DNA of 54,405 nt, filler included, from Streblomastix strix (taxonomy: Eukaryota): NCBI GenBank assembly GCA_008636045.1. It is 3 parts of 3 records of this genome, joined end to end, with 100 filler letters (N's around TTAATTAATTAA, not from the genome) between each part and the next. Parts side by side here need not be neighbours in the genome. Positions count along the whole stretch, not along the records: positions 1 to 18,075 come from SNRW01000643.1; positions 18,176 to 36,250 come from SNRW01000644.1; 1 more part is not named here. One strand, 5' to 3'. Of the stretch, positions 12,765-26,774 are shown piece after piece (positions within the stretch are counted from its first letter, which is position 1; each line of letters opens with the position of its first letter). The notes under the pieces were generated by a model. It saw only the letters and a list, made by a program, of their open reading frames with translations. It did not search any database and was not told the DNA's origin. Both the position numbers and the translations under genes were made by a program.

Positions 12765-14157
12765 CTATGGTAAATTTCAAAGAGATGAATATGAGTTTGA
12801 AGTATAATAAGATATCAATGATTAAACGTATAAAGTTCATTATAAAATGAGTCTATCAGAGTTCATAAAAAATATCTTTAAAATTGCAAAATAAAAATAT
12901 ATCGATGCTATGACAAAGAAAGTTGATGAAATAGTTATTGAAAAACGAACTGTGGCAGATTTGTATTATTATTATATTTCAGTTTAATCATAATATGAAC
13001 CTTCAAAATAAAAAATAAATAAAAAAATAAAAAAATTGAAAAAGACGCATAATAAGCGGTTTATATATCCAGCCAGTAATCTGCTTAAGGTGGCGATAAT
13101 GAAAATATGCCCTATTTTCCTTTCAAAACAAAATGAAAATTGGTTAAGAAAATAAATTAACATAAATATACAAACAATAAATATGTATCGGAAAATGATT
13201 ATAAATTAAAACCATTATAAAGGCTAAAACGACTTTATTTCTCTGTAAAGTTAAAAAGTTGGGAAATAGATATAGTTTTTTCAATCGATTTAATCTTGTA
13301 AAAAAACAATGATAAAGGTGATGATGCTATCTTTGAATAAAATAAAGTATAAAATATATGAGAAAAAAGAAGAAAAACAATTATATATTTATTTTTTATA
13401 AACATTAACACATAATATTTAGTGATATTTCAATTGATAGATAAATCAGCAGCATAAGTAGTTGGATAACTATAAAAATTAATTATAATTTTTATGTGAA
13501 TAAAATTAGTGGTGATAGTGAGAAAGGATTTAATAGCTCGTGTTTTGCATTTTTTGTCCATAGAATAAAACTAATGGATATTTCACTGAATCAAAATTCA
13601 CTAATCATAATCGAGTTGTCGAATCAAATATTCGTACAATATGGAATATGTTTAGTTAAAAATTTAATTATTTTTCAATAATTCAATAAATGTAAATAGT
13701 AGTTGATACATACAATAATACACAACATCTTGCGTTTCAAAATAAGTATAGTCCGTATTAAGTTTAATTATTAAGAGATTTAGAAGGATAGTATATACGT
13801 TCATAAATGAAGAAATTAGAGCGATAATTAGCAAGACAACGAAAACACTGCATATTGTCATTTAAAGTAGGAAGCATAATATTAATACATCTTGATTTCT
13901 AACATAATAAAATTTTATGAAATAAAGGCAAAATTCCAATAAGTTAGCGGAGGTTACTCGATACGTAAATGGAAATGTTTTATACAGATCATTGAATCAT
14001 TCATATAAAATAAATATAACAAAAATACCTTCATTTTATTGTAAATATGTAAGTAAGAATATATAATCTCTTCCAGAATATTTTGCTTCAGAGTTTTTAT
14101 TTAGATGAAATAATAAAAATTTATTTATTTATTTTTTAACTTTTTTTCCCATAATAA

Positions 14158-14514
14158 ATGGCAGCTATTGAGACAATCAACGATACAACCAATTAATCAT
14201 TACAAACTAAATCAGCCGCAAGCGAAATCTACGACAAAGTGTTTTCAACAAAACAAGGACGTCAAAAGAAATATATCGATAAAGAATAAGCATTTATTGC
14301 TGCTAGAGAACAACGCAAAAATGTAGGAATTAGAAACGAATAAGATTAAATAAATTATGTTTCTAAAGTTAATTATATGCAACTACTCATAATAAAAAAA
14401 CTTAAAAAATTAATCGAAATTTTAAACAATTTGATTATAATTAATGAGTTGATTAAAAAGAATGAAAATAAATTAGGCATTAATGAAGATATTAATGATT
14501 TAATCAACATATGA
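14158..14514 (+). CDS. Small basic 118 aa protein with AT-hook-like KQGRQKKY motif, possible DNA-binding protein
   Basis: ATG..TGA in frame with TAR=Gln; sits on the other side of the iteron inverted repeat from the second primase-helicase. Confidence 0.55.
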
Positions 14515-14669
14515 AACGCTAATCGATTTGTTTTTTCATGTGTGTAAGTGTGCAGAGTTGAGACCCCTAAAATGGTCAAAATATAAAAAATTGGTCGGTA
14601 CGTCGGTCGAATTTATTTTTGTGTTAGTATATGTGTTAATCATGGTAATTGAATCTAAATGTCCACTTT

Positions 14670-15150
14670 CATTATTTCTGTCTTATTTATCTTGTACTTT
14701 TATATGTGATGTTCATTAGCTATGGAGAATTAGATCTAAATTCAATACAAGACAGAAAGACAAGACAAGAATGAAAAGTAAAAGATACCAAAAGTTGCGG
14801 GACATACAGACAGTTAAACAGATTGAGATTCCATCCTTAATTCGACATAAAACATATTGGAATGAATATTATAGCTTAGAACCAACATAATCGGTACAGA
14901 TATATGTAAACATATTGATTCTAATACATCAACTATATATCATACATTATTTTTTACAATCTGTCCAACTGTCCATCTGTCCATCAACTTTAAACGATAA
15001 AATTTTTTCTGTCTTATCTTGTCTTTTCTGTTACAACTAGGATTTCACATTAATCTTCCATGGCTAGTGAACATCACTGATATTATTAAGACAGAATAAG
15101 ACAGAATCTGTCATAACAAATATTTCACATTAATTCTCTATAGCTCATGA
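14670..15150. repeat. Imperfect inverted repeat B (~14670-14830 vs ~14960-15100) with GTCTT/AAGAC pentamers and CTGTCCA heptamers
   Basis: GTGATGTTCATTAGCTATGGAGAATTA (~14706) pairs with TAATCTTCCATGGCTAGTGAACATCAC (~15051); AAGACAGAAAGACAAGACAAG pairs with CTGTCTTATCTTGTCTTTTCTG. Confidence 0.75.
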
Positions 15151-15159
15151 ACAAAAATA

Positions 15160-16740
15160 ATATTCATTCATTTTGTAAAATATTCAGTTGAAATTTCTAT
15201 TTTCTCTTATTCCTCACGTAATTCATCTTTATCTAAATCATTCATCATATCATCATAAATTGAATAATTTTCTTCTAGTAATTTATATACCCTAGCTTAT
15301 TTTTTATCAATATATATTCTTTGCTCAGTACATTTTTGCAAGATCGAATGCTTGAAGCTTCGTTCATTGCAGTTATTTGGTTTCATTAAGCTTACCTCTG
15401 ATATTGGAATGCTATCTTCAAATTTCTAATAGTTTTGATAATAATATCATCAACTGGTGTTCGACTAACATTTAACAAATATTTTTTTGCATCAATCATA
15501 GGAATATTGGTTGGATCAAATTTTGAAATATCTCTGTTTAGGAAGAATGTTAATAAATTATCATAAAAATCTTTATCCATTCTTTTGCTCAGCTTATTGA
15601 AATATTCATGATCTCCTCTATGAACTGCTTTGCATTTTATCACTAAATAGCGTCCATCACTATTATCCAATAGGATTGAATAGTCATTGTTAGTTAATAT
15701 AATTGAATTGATTACATTCTCAGCTCTTCATTCTGGTTAATTATTCTCATTAATTCTTATAGTTCTATCTGTAATTATTGTCTTCATTGCTTGTGCAGTA
15801 CCTTTCTTGGACTCGTTATAATTCATCATTTCATTTAGAACTGCAAACATTATATTCTCAACAACTGAATTGAATGTTTCTGTGAATTTTTCGATTGTAG
15901 AAATGTTTGGTTGACAATATAGTGAGAACATTTCTGAAATAGCATCTATGAATCTATTTTTACCAATTCTCTGAAGTCCTTGAAGAATGATAGCTGTTCT
16001 AGGATTTTATCCAGCAATTTAAGCAATGAATGCAATCCAATTAAAAAAATATTCAAAAACCTCTTTGTTTCCACCTGCTATTGTTCCATATGTCAGATAA
16101 TTAATGAACATATCAATCTTTGATTCATCAACTTATTCTAATTTTTCATACTTAAATCCTTGAAAGACATTGAATACATTCGGATTATCTGAATTGAATC
16201 TAACTCCTTCAACAACATATTATCCACTATATTTTTCGAAAATATCTTATACTGTTATATGTTTTTTACCATCATCCCATAATCTAATTATGTGCATTTA
16301 TTCATATGCGTTAGTCTTTGTTTTTTAGCGTATTACATTAGTCTCTTATTAAGCATCATATTCTTTGATTATAAACACTAATCCAGATTCACCAGCATAG
16401 TATCTAATTACGTTAGTTAAATCAGTTGCAATATCTACTTCTTATTTATACTCTCCTCTTGTTACTTTCTCACTTATGTTTCCAAATATGAATGAATCAT
16501 TGATGTCAATTCCTTATTTTTCAATCATTTCCAGATTTATTTCATGTTTTGATTTATTTTTTTTTGTAATCTCTTTTTGAACAATGGTTTAAGAGTTGTT
16601 TCGTAGTATTCTTTGTTATGAAGTTTAATAATTTTCGTTAGTATCCATGCATTAGCTCTGCTGGAATATCTTCCTTTTCTATCGCTCCAATGTTCATTTG
16701 CCTTAGGTGTGAGTATATTATTTCTATAAATATTCAAAGA
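15160..16740 (-). pseudogene. Second D5/SF3-like primase-helicase, 5'-truncated (primase domain absent), frameshifted
   Basis: WILTKIIKLHNKEYYETTLKPL, Walker A ILQGLQRIGKNRF (~15950-15990), FAVLNEMMNYNESKK, DGRYLVIKCK; clear paralogue of 8789-11629. Confidence 0.85.
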
Positions 16741-18075
16741 AATTTATGCCAAATCAAATAGAAAATGCCATATAAATGCCAGTGATCATGGCATAGCGTT
16801 AAATGTTATAAATTTAACAATCAAATAGTTTAATTCGCATATATTTTTATTTTTACATATTAAAAAACAGTAATTAATATTGTACAATAATTAATATTAT
16901 AAATATTTTATGCATTATTGAAAAAAAAATATTTTTTCATTTCGATGATTTTAAACTAAATAGAAAGAAAACAAAATATTTAATATTAAAAAAATAAACA
17001 TTACTTCATGCTTCAACAAAACATTCAGGTAAAAATATATTTTCTGAATATAACATTCTATGATATATATACGTTCAGATTTTAGCAACTCTCTTTACCA
17101 TCTTCTTCGTTTAATACGATTATAAATTCATGTTGGCATATCATAAATTCTATTGTACATAAAGCAGAAAAATATTATTTAATTATAATTTAAATTTAAA
17201 AATTAGGTATTAGTATAAACATATTTTAATATAATTAAGTTAAAAAGAAGTTCTAAAAATTATTGTATATTATATAAAAAATAAATCTAAATATAACAAA
17301 ATAATACCTGAATAAACAACTGAATATAAAATTTAGCATTATTTTTATCTACATCAAAAGTTACTGCGGTTTTAAAAGATGCAAACATAAGAGCTGAAAA
17401 TGAATGAAATACAAAATAAAAATATGCAAAATGTTAATAATATAAATAAAATTGTAATACATTTCAATACTGGACAATTTTAAACAGTGAATAATTACAT
17501 ATCGATTCATAATCTCGAATTTAATGAAAGTAGCTGAATTTAGGATGAATTCTAAATAATTCGAATTATTTGCATAAGCGGAGAATAAAAAAAATTAATT
17601 CTGTAAAATTAAATTAAATAAAGAAATTTATCTATCATAATAAAGACGTTATGTTAATATTTATTTCGGTTAGGTTAACTGAAGCCAATGTGCAAGTATT
17701 TATTTTCCTATATAAAATTAATATTATGAATATTTGGATAAAACATTAAAAATGACAACTGCTAAACTAGATTTTTGTAATTAAACAATAATTTAATATT
17801 AATGCTCATACTTATAATAAATTTCTTAATTGGAGATGAATAACAATAGATATCGTCGAATAAAATAATATTTTTTTATTATCCATTTAAAGCTTTATAT
17901 GCATATATAAATTAAATTTTAAATTATTTTTTATAAATATAATAATTGATTAAAAACATTTGGATATATTGGCAGATTGGAATGACGAACTGCTTACAAA
18001 ACAAGATTACAATCAAGTTACACCACATCCACTAGACCCAAATCTATATCGAATAAGATGTGAATTTTTCAATAA

Positions 18076-18175
18076 NNNNNNNNNNNNNNNNNNNNNNNNN
18101 NNNNNNNNNNNNNNNNNNNTTAATTAATTAANNNNNNNNNNNNNNNNNNNNNNNNNNNNNNNNNNNNNNNNNNNN
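18076..18175. other. Artificial contig spacer
   Basis: 44 N + TTAATTAATTAA + 44 N. Confidence 0.99.
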
Positions 18176-20337
18176 CGAAGAAACGTACGGACGCTGGAAT
18201 ATCTTGCACAAACACTGGTTGTTATTCTCCATTAACAAAAAAGTGAAGTGTGTGTTTTTACTAGTTTACTTCCATCATCAAAACATCTCCATCTCCAAAA
18301 GTAATATTTCCTTTTGTCAAGTTGTCATTATGAAAAACATACCCTCTATAAAATAATAATAAATTAAAAAATTAATTTTTTTGAGAATATGACAAAATTA
18401 TAATATGCAAACCATTCAAAATAATGAGCATTGTCCTTTGTTACTGGATGAGAAGTGAAAAATATGAAGAAAAATTATCATTTAAAAAATCGTTATATTC
18501 AAACTGCCTTTTTTTTGAGGATGATATTTTGCTGTAATAACAGCAGAAGAACTAATTATACCAACAGCTTTATAATATTATTATTAATAAAAGAATGAAA
18601 TTAAGAAGAAAATTAATAAAAAAAAAGAATAGTAAACCACGTTAATTTGTACAGTTGATGAATTTAATCTCACAGCGCATGATTGATGGAGGTTTAATTT
18701 CTTCTTCAATGGCAACAGTTCGATTTCCATTCTCTTCAACAATAACTCGCACACCTTCACCAGTAATCTCAGCACTTGTACTAACTGCTTTCTTGTCTGG
18801 AATAATTAGTTTGATGCTCCCAACTATAAATAAAATAAAATATATCTTTTAAGGAATAATTCTGTAAACCAGTGCGAGGCTATGTAGAATATTTTGCAAT
18901 CTATCTCATTAAATCTCCATTTGTTTATATGAGTATTTATTTCTCTTCTTCAGTTCTCCTAACGCGCTCTTCTGCTCTAATTCGATCTGATTCAACTCTT
19001 TGTAATTGATATTCAAGTTATCTTTTCTCTCTCTCCAAATCTTCTACTTTCTTCTACAATTGAGGATTTTATAATCCTTTTCCAGAAACTTACTTTCCAG
19101 ATGAACCAATTTTCCCTGCTTCACCTTCAAGAATATATGTCAGCATCTTAATCTTCATTGATGTTTCTGATTCACCTTTTAATGATACTTTTGTTGTTGA
19201 TGCTCCTTTTGACGGAGTTTCTTTCTCATTCATGCGCTCTCTTAATATTGGGAGAAGTTCATAAACAACTGGTTCTGAATTTGCTGCACATTCAACAAGT
19301 TTCAATATCACTGAAAGTGGCGAGATTTTAATGTGTTTTGGTAAAATTTCTCCTCCTTCTCATTATTTTTGAAGGGCATGATTAATAATATTCAAAAAAC
19401 CATTTTCTATTAAACTATCTATAACTTCAACGGATGAAGAAATCAATTCGCATAGATCCTATGAAGCAGCCTTGGAAACAACGACTGAAGCAGACTGTAA
19501 AAAAAAATAAATTAGAATAAGGATAGCATCAAGCATACATGAACCAGGACAACGAATGGAATGGTTACAATTTATTTCTTCACAACGCTGCCACATATCT
19601 CTCCTCGTGCAGCAATAACTTGAGCAAGAGCAAGGGCACCGAGTTGAGAATCTTGGGGATTTTCATCTCCGCCTCTCTCTCGCAGGATCTAAAGTAGACC
19701 AGCATTTGTAATAACTTCATTGGAGCTTGATTATAAAGAATCATTAGAATCTGATTACAGAATATAAATTTACGCAAAAAAATCGAGAATTTAACGCAAA
19801 ATAAACAAAAATTTTTAAAAAAGATAATACTGGCCGTCAAAAGAGCTACAAGCTATAAAAATACAGCATGAAGTTATGCAGGATCTTTACACGTCTTTAT
19901 AAAAAAAATATATGTTTACTGATATCTTCACCCTGTTGTGAAATGTTATGTATGATAAAAAACGTTGAATTAACCACGCGGAGCACACTTATACACTCTC
20001 AAATAAGTCTACTCCTGTTGTACTGCAGCAGAGAGTATCTTTCTCCTCGTCGCTCATGACCGCTATTTACGTCGAAGACCTGCTACAGACACACCTGCAA
20101 GCTCCGCAAGTAAAGCCAACTGATCCATATCCTCTTTTGGAGAGCTCCTGTTAGTTAAGAAATCTGCAATAGATGGAGAAACAGCTGCAATAACATCCTA
20201 CGGATGTAGATATATCTCCAGCTCTTAGAAAAAAACGAATAGTATTTTCATTATTATTTTTTTTATATAAACTAAATTAACAAAATAGAATGATTACAAT
20301 GTTTTAATCTTGTAAATTTCACAGTTCCAAAGTTCAT
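18176..20337 (-). CDS. Multi-exon host gene, ARM-like/coiled-coil region plus C-terminal SPRY-like domain (3' truncated; exon structure partly unresolved)
   Basis: Exons separated by short GT-AG AT-rich introns; C-terminal GDGDVFMMEVNQQKHTLHFFVNGEQQPVFVQDIPASVRF is SPRY-like. Confidence 0.55.
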
Positions 20338-20387
20338 TATAAATCATAAGGTTATAATATATTGATACAACTTATTATGCATTATAA

Positions 20388-23300
20388 TCACATTTAAGTA
20401 CCACTCACTTCACGCACCCAGTGTAAGGTGTCACTATCAAGAAGAGAAGAAACTCGCGCAAATCGTTTCTTTCCAAGTTATCTAAGGAGTGATTATGTAA
20501 GTTGGATGCATTCTGTAATCTCATCTTCATCATCATCCGCTTTTTGGACAATTGGATTAGCTGCTCCAAGCAATGCAATAGTCGCAACAATAAATAGTAG
20601 ATGTGCAGCGTTACGAATCACACCTTGTGGCATTAAATCAATAGCTCCCTCATCATCTTCATCTTCTGTTTTAGCTTATCTGTCATTTCCAGCTACTTAA
20701 GCATCATTTTATTATCCAAGTGGACCAATTGAACCAAAAATAGTCTCATCACCATGCCTAGCCATTGCAAATAGAAGTCTGTGTTGAATATTAATCTCCT
20801 CAGAAATGGCTCCAATGAATCGTTAGCTACTCGATCGAATATCTTCAGTGAGTTGAGAGTTTGTATTAGAAATAGATGTTGTACTAGTGAGTATTAAACC
20901 CTCCATTGGTAATGCATCAAACCAAACTTGCTTTGCAAGGGCAAGAGCTGTTATATCGAGATGTTCTTAGTGAAATACCAGCACTCGACCAAGAGCACTT
21001 GTTAGAGCATCTCGAGATTCTATTTCCTCTTCATCTTCCTCATCGTTATCCACACATTCTTCTGCATTTGCAAGAGATTTGGCAACTACATCACTGTCAC
21101 TTGATGAATCACTGTCACCTTCTTATTCAGCTTCTTTATTATTATTTAAAATTAATTCTGTTGGTTTTTTCTCAGACATTTTTTATTTATTTTTGCTACT
21201 GGCAAAATTATCATCATCTTCTGAATCACTGCTATCATCTCTATAATGTTTGTTACGAGCCTTTGATTTTCTACCATTAAATTCATCTTTCTCAAATTCT
21301 TTTTTATTATTCTCCCTCCCCAATTTATCACCACATAAAGCCTGAGCTATATGTCCTACTGCAACATCAGCAAAAGGAGCAAAGTTTTCTCCTCCATATT
21401 GTGCAAATACAGATAATGTATAAGCAGCATGTGTGCGTGTTGAAGCAGGAATAGCAATTATCTGATTGGTTTCCTTAGAGACAATCTCACTATGAATAAA
21501 AGCCAATACTGTTGGTACAAGAGCTCTTACAAGAGGACCAGCCATTGCACCTCCATATTTGACTACTGTTGCAAATACCATCAATGCAGATGTTGTGTCT
21601 CCAGGAGATGATTGAGGAGTGAGGAGAGTTGAAAACGGTAAAGAAAGACGTTGAAACGCTGTTAGAAATAGTTCACCGTGAAATGCAGTAATAATTGTGA
21701 CTATCTTTGAGATTAATTAAATGTTCGCTTATTCTACAATAATCTATGACACAGAAGTCACTGAAAGAGGAAGTGGAGCAACTTACTATAATGAATTGAA
21801 TGACTATATGAAGAATGGCGCAGTTGATCCTGAACCTGTGAATGTTGTATTTCTGGGTAATATATTTGGAGGAAGATCAAATCCTAACCTGAGTCTGTCT
21901 CTTTATTGGGATTAAATACCTTTATAATTGTCTTATATTCGGATTAGTGTGATTCCAGAGGTTGAATCATTATTAGTTGTCTTACTTGTTATGCTTCTTC
22001 GTCTCTCTGCTATACTTGCAAGTGCATTTGAGAGTATTGCTGCATGTCTTCCAAGAATATTATCTTTGAAAGGGAACATTGGAACAGCAAAATTATCTTC
22101 TTGTGTATCTAAAGCATTGCAATCACAACTAATTAGAATTGTATATATAGTGAATAGGAGAGTGTACATCATATCTCCATCTTCTTCATTAGTCAGAGGT
22201 AAAATAACTGCATTATAAATTGCTCTTATTAAATTATGCAGTCTTTCTAATTCTTAATCAATTGGAGATTATTAATTCCCAGCAGTTCCATTCTCTTGAT
22301 TAGAATCTTTAGGAATATCAATTGATTGATTTTAATTAATTTTCAGATCTTAACCTTCATTATTGTCCTTGTCCTTATCCTTATCCTTATCCTTATCTCT
22401 TTCTGACTTAAGGAACTTCGCATGAGGCATAATTGTGTATTACACCAGATTAGACAGACCAAGTGCAGCTGACATTCTAATATCCGTTGCTTGGCTCTTA
22501 TGGAGAGCTCGACAAAGGATTTCTTGTGTTTATTCTACAATTGATTATATATTGGATGTCTTAGAACTATTTGACACATTTTAAGAAGATTAGTTGTCTT
22601 AGCCCTTTGGAAGATTTTAAGCAAATAAACTCGTTCCAAGATTAGCTATGTAACTATATAGGATTTTGATTGAATCAAGTTTACTACATAATGCTATTCC
22701 TTCAACTTCAATAGTCTTTCCTTCAATTCTCAATAGTTGAAGTGGACTATAAACATCATTCAATGCTTGTGAAGAATACTAATTATTCTCCTGACCATCT
22801 TAGTTCTTTAAAGAGGGTCCTTTTGATTGAAGGCTCTTTAATAGATCTTCATCTTGTTTAGATTTCAATTTATCTTTCTTTCTTGGTTGCTTTCTGAGAC
22901 TAATAGCAGTTCTCACAGCTGGATTAGATGATACAGCTTCAAGGAGTGGAGGAATTGTTATATCAATGAATATAGAGAATTGAGATTTTAATACTCTACA
23001 TAACTTCACAAATGCTAATTTAGTTATTGGAACTCTGGGATCGTCACTTTGTAAATAAGCTGTCTTTATATTCTTCAGTATTGTTAATGGTGAAGGAATC
23101 TATGATGTACTATTCCCTGATACTGATTCAACTCCATCTAACAAATCTGATGAAGATGAATTATTGCTGACTTTTGGAGTGAAGTGGATTAAAAGAGATA
23201 AATAAGCCCAGATTGAAGAAATCTATGGAAACTTTGAATTAAGAATCTCTTCTCCTTTCTTCATTTATTCTGAAGTTAGTTTTATTTATCTGTTGTCATC

Positions 23301-25748
23301 TGTGCTGTTTGAGAGGAAATATTGAACAGCTGATGTCGCTATGGGATTTTCAGGAGTTTTATTGTTTGATTGTTAATTTAGTGCATCTTAATTTTCATCA
23401 GGTAAGTCCCAGGACAGAAGTGAAGTAGAAATACAATCAATCATTGATGCTTCTAATTCTCTTCTTTCTTCTTCATCATCGATTGAATTCAGAATCTTAC
23501 CTTTAGTTTTATATTATGGATCATTTGTTTCTTCATATAATATAGCTTAAACTAATTCTAAGATTATATCATTCAAGAATTCAGTAGCTAATACTTTTGA
23601 AAATGGAGCTCTTGCCAAAATAAGAGTGGCTAATGTATCCAAAGATTCACGTTTGATGAGAAGAAGAATGCTTTGAGTGTATGTATCCTCATCATATAAT
23701 ATTTATGTGATACCTTTGAAATAAACCTCAAAGTGGTTTGCAAGAGTTGATGAAGGGAGTTCATCAAACACAGTAGTTGCACATCTAAGAGCAGCCAAAG
23801 TAACTGAAGGATGTATTTTATTTCTTTCTCCTTATTTATCATCTCCAGTTTTGAATCCTAAATATCCAATAAGAGAAGGATGGTATAGATCATATCTTCT
23901 GGTTGTGTGTTATGAACCAAATGTCTAAGCAACACTTTTGATCGCTTCAAATGCAGCAACTTATACTCTTGGATTTTCATTTGGATCTGAAGCAGCATTA
24001 CAAACATGCCTCAAAGTTGTGAAATTGAATTGAGCCACAATTTGAGGTGATATCATTGATGGATTTAATGAAGATACAAATGTTGGCATTGCTGGAGTAT
24101 CTTCTGTTTCTGTTGCTATTAGATTCTACCCATCTCCACCAATTGATATTTAGTCATCACTATCATAGGACATCAATGTTGCAAGTGCACTTCCTCTGAA
24201 TGCATCAACTAAGGCTGCAAATATGCTGTGTCCAATCATTCTATGAAGCCATCTCTAACTCAACTGATTAGTTCTGATGACTGGCATGAAACATTGGACA
24301 AGAGATACACCAGCTGGAAGGATTGTAATTTGAATATAATATATGTAAAAATAATAATAAAACAATAACAATAATATAAACATATAATTTAAAAAATAGA
24401 TGAAAGAAAAAAATAGTACAAATACAATTATTGCTTATCATCATTCTAGCAATCATGGTTATTAATCGCATTGCATCTTTACAAATTATATCTTCCTCCA
24501 ATTTCTAAATAAATACAATAAATCAATAAAAAGATTTCAATTAAATAGATCTAAATCATACCAGATTAACATCACTCAAAACATGAAGCAACTGTGTCTA
24601 ATCCTGTTTCTTATCTTTTTCTTTTCCCTTATCAGAATCATCTCCAATAATCTTTGAGTCTGCACTTCCAGCCATCAATTGAACACAGGCACCAACAAGG
24701 GTCATCTCATAACTGGCAACACGACGCACTTCATTTGGAGCAACTTCAATTAATCTCACTAACATCTCTAAACAACTCTTTCTTGTTTCTGAGATTAGTT
24801 ATATAATAGTATTTAATTCATTAATATATACAATTTGTGATATATACCATAATTAAGTTCTTTCATTGTACCTGCCTGAAGCATAAGTTGAACAAAATTT
24901 GGTGTTTCAACCCCAAAAAATGGTGGATCAGCTAAAAGGATCAATTATATAAATAGAAGTTTATTAATTATAAATTATAAATTATTATTAATATTCAAAC
25001 CCTCTAATAATAGATATATTGTTTCAACCGCCTTTCTTATACTCTTTCCTTCTCTGAATCCAACAATATCAGCAAAAAGATCAACAACTGGAGTCTTCAA
25101 ACTTCTGAGAATCTAAACAGCTTATTCATTCTCACTGAATGCATTCATCATAGGATGTATACATTTCATAGCAGATAATCTCACTTTGGTGTTATCCTTC
25201 TATTTCACACATCGAGTGAGCATCTATCCAATATCAGCAATATGCTTTGAAAGAGATGCAGCTTATAATGCAGAGAGATGATAGAATACATCCAGTGCTC
25301 CTTCTTATAATTTATCTCCTTATTTGGCTTTTTCAAAAAGATATGGTATTAAATCTTCCCATAATAATCCTTCCTCAGCTAATAGAAATGATCCTAATGT
25401 TGCAACTAACTCATTGACTGATGCAAAAATAAATTTATTCGTCTTATTGCCCTCAAAGAAATAAATTGATTTTGCTTTAAGTTATTCAATTGATTCAGGA
25501 GACAATCTTGATTTTAAAGATTTTTATGAAACGAGACGAATAAGCATCAACCGCAAATAAACACATGCTGCATTTTGTACTCGAACATCTGATGAAGATT
25601 CAATAATATTTACTAGTGAAGCGCTGAGCTCATTTGGTTCATTCTGAATTAGTGCAATGATTTTGTTTTCTGCGCTCTCACGCTGAAGTTTGAGTGCTGA
25701 TTAAACATCATATAAAAGTGACTCAAGAACATTCAACGAACCCAACAT
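20388..25748 (-). CDS. Importin-beta family karyopherin (importin-5/4-like HEAT-repeat protein), several introns
   Basis: N-terminus RESAENKI...DVRVQNAACVYLRLML (IBN_N-like); HEAT motifs SDPNENPRVQVAAFEA and SDDPRVPITK; introns ~24320-24410, 24500-24560, 24800-24850, 24945-25000. Confidence 0.75.
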
Positions 25749-25869
25749 TGCAAAAGAAGAGAGTATGAGACTAATGAATATTCCCAAATATTATAAATCA
25801 TAAATAAAAATAATATAATAATATTTCTGTTTTGAACATATTTCTGGCGTGAAACGAAATTTATTGAAG

Positions 25870-26240
25870 AAAAATTATTGGATGTGCAAAATTCAATAAA
25901 TTCAATGATAAATAATATTATTAAATTAAATATATTAATTAATAATTAATTATATGTTTAAAAATATTATAAATACTTGTATATAGTTATAGGAATTGTA
26001 CAAAATCTGGATTATTTATATTTAAACTGAGAATTCGCGCGCATAGATTGTAAAAATTATGAAATTATTTAATAAATATAAAAATAAAATTTTGCATTGA
26101 TTCATAAATTAAAAAATTCGAAACTATTGATATTTATAGATTTATTCGACAATAAATTTATTTTTTTAATTCTTGTTTAATTTTTAATATTTTTTAGTTC
26201 TAACAAATTTAAGTATATTATACAAGTGAATTCCATATAA
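25870..26240. repeat. Diverged non-coding element shared with 34755-35125 (upstream of importin and of FAM32A)
   Basis: Collinear blocks ATAGGAAT.GT.CA.AAT, TCGCG, GATTGTAAAA.TTATGA.ATTATTT, TGATTCATAAAT, TTTTAATTCTTGTTTA.TTTTTAATA. Confidence 0.65.
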
Positions 26241-26377
26241 TTTTTTGAATAATTATTCATTTATAAAAACTTTTTTTATGAAATTTTAATTTTAGTATTA
26301 AAAGGATAATTTTCTTTTAAATTTTATACTAAATAGGATGAGTGTAAATGAACTCATTGTTTATACTTAAAATAATA

Positions 26378-26745
26378 ATCATTATAAACTTTAATAAACT
26401 CTTGAAGAATTAATTAACAATTTGGTAAAAAGTCAAAAAACAAAGCCACTTATATTTTCTAGATAAATTTTTCTAATTTTAATTTTCAAAATATTGTTTA
26501 TTTATTCAAATCTCTACAAAGACAAACAAAATATTGATCCAAAATCTCGAACGGAATTCTCGAACTTGCACAGATTTTCCCTCCACATTCATAGATCTAA
26601 ATTATGTATTCTACATATTTAATTATCAAAATTTTATAATACTTAAATTAAACACCCTTTTTAACTATATTAATAGTTTCATAAACCTTGTATTTGACTT
26701 TGAACAAATATTTTTAACATTTAACTTTCTACAATAAATATTTTG
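26378..26745 (+). repeat. ~370 bp element, near-identical inverted copy at 33652-34021
   Basis: Long near-identical stretch including GATCCAAAATCTCGAACGGAATTCTCGAACTTGCACAGATTTTCC; both copies give the same spurious 67-aa ORF. Confidence 0.95.
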
Positions 26746-26774
26746 TTATTTATTTATAATATTTTTTATTAAAG

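Noticed and set aside
17960..18075. Possible coding exon at the end of contig 1
   Set aside because: Too short and truncated to assign.
18076..18175. TTAATTAATTAA palindrome within N runs (also 36251-36350)
   Set aside because: Identical synthetic spacer; not biological, and no linkage across it can be assumed.
19868..22218. Plus-strand ORFs from the supplied track
   Set aside because: Antisense shadows of the importin and ARM/SPRY genes.
26534..26737. Duplicated 67-aa ORF MIQNLERNS (also 33659-33862)
   Set aside because: Starts at TTG and ends at TAA, which is Gln here; by-product of the duplicated non-coding element.
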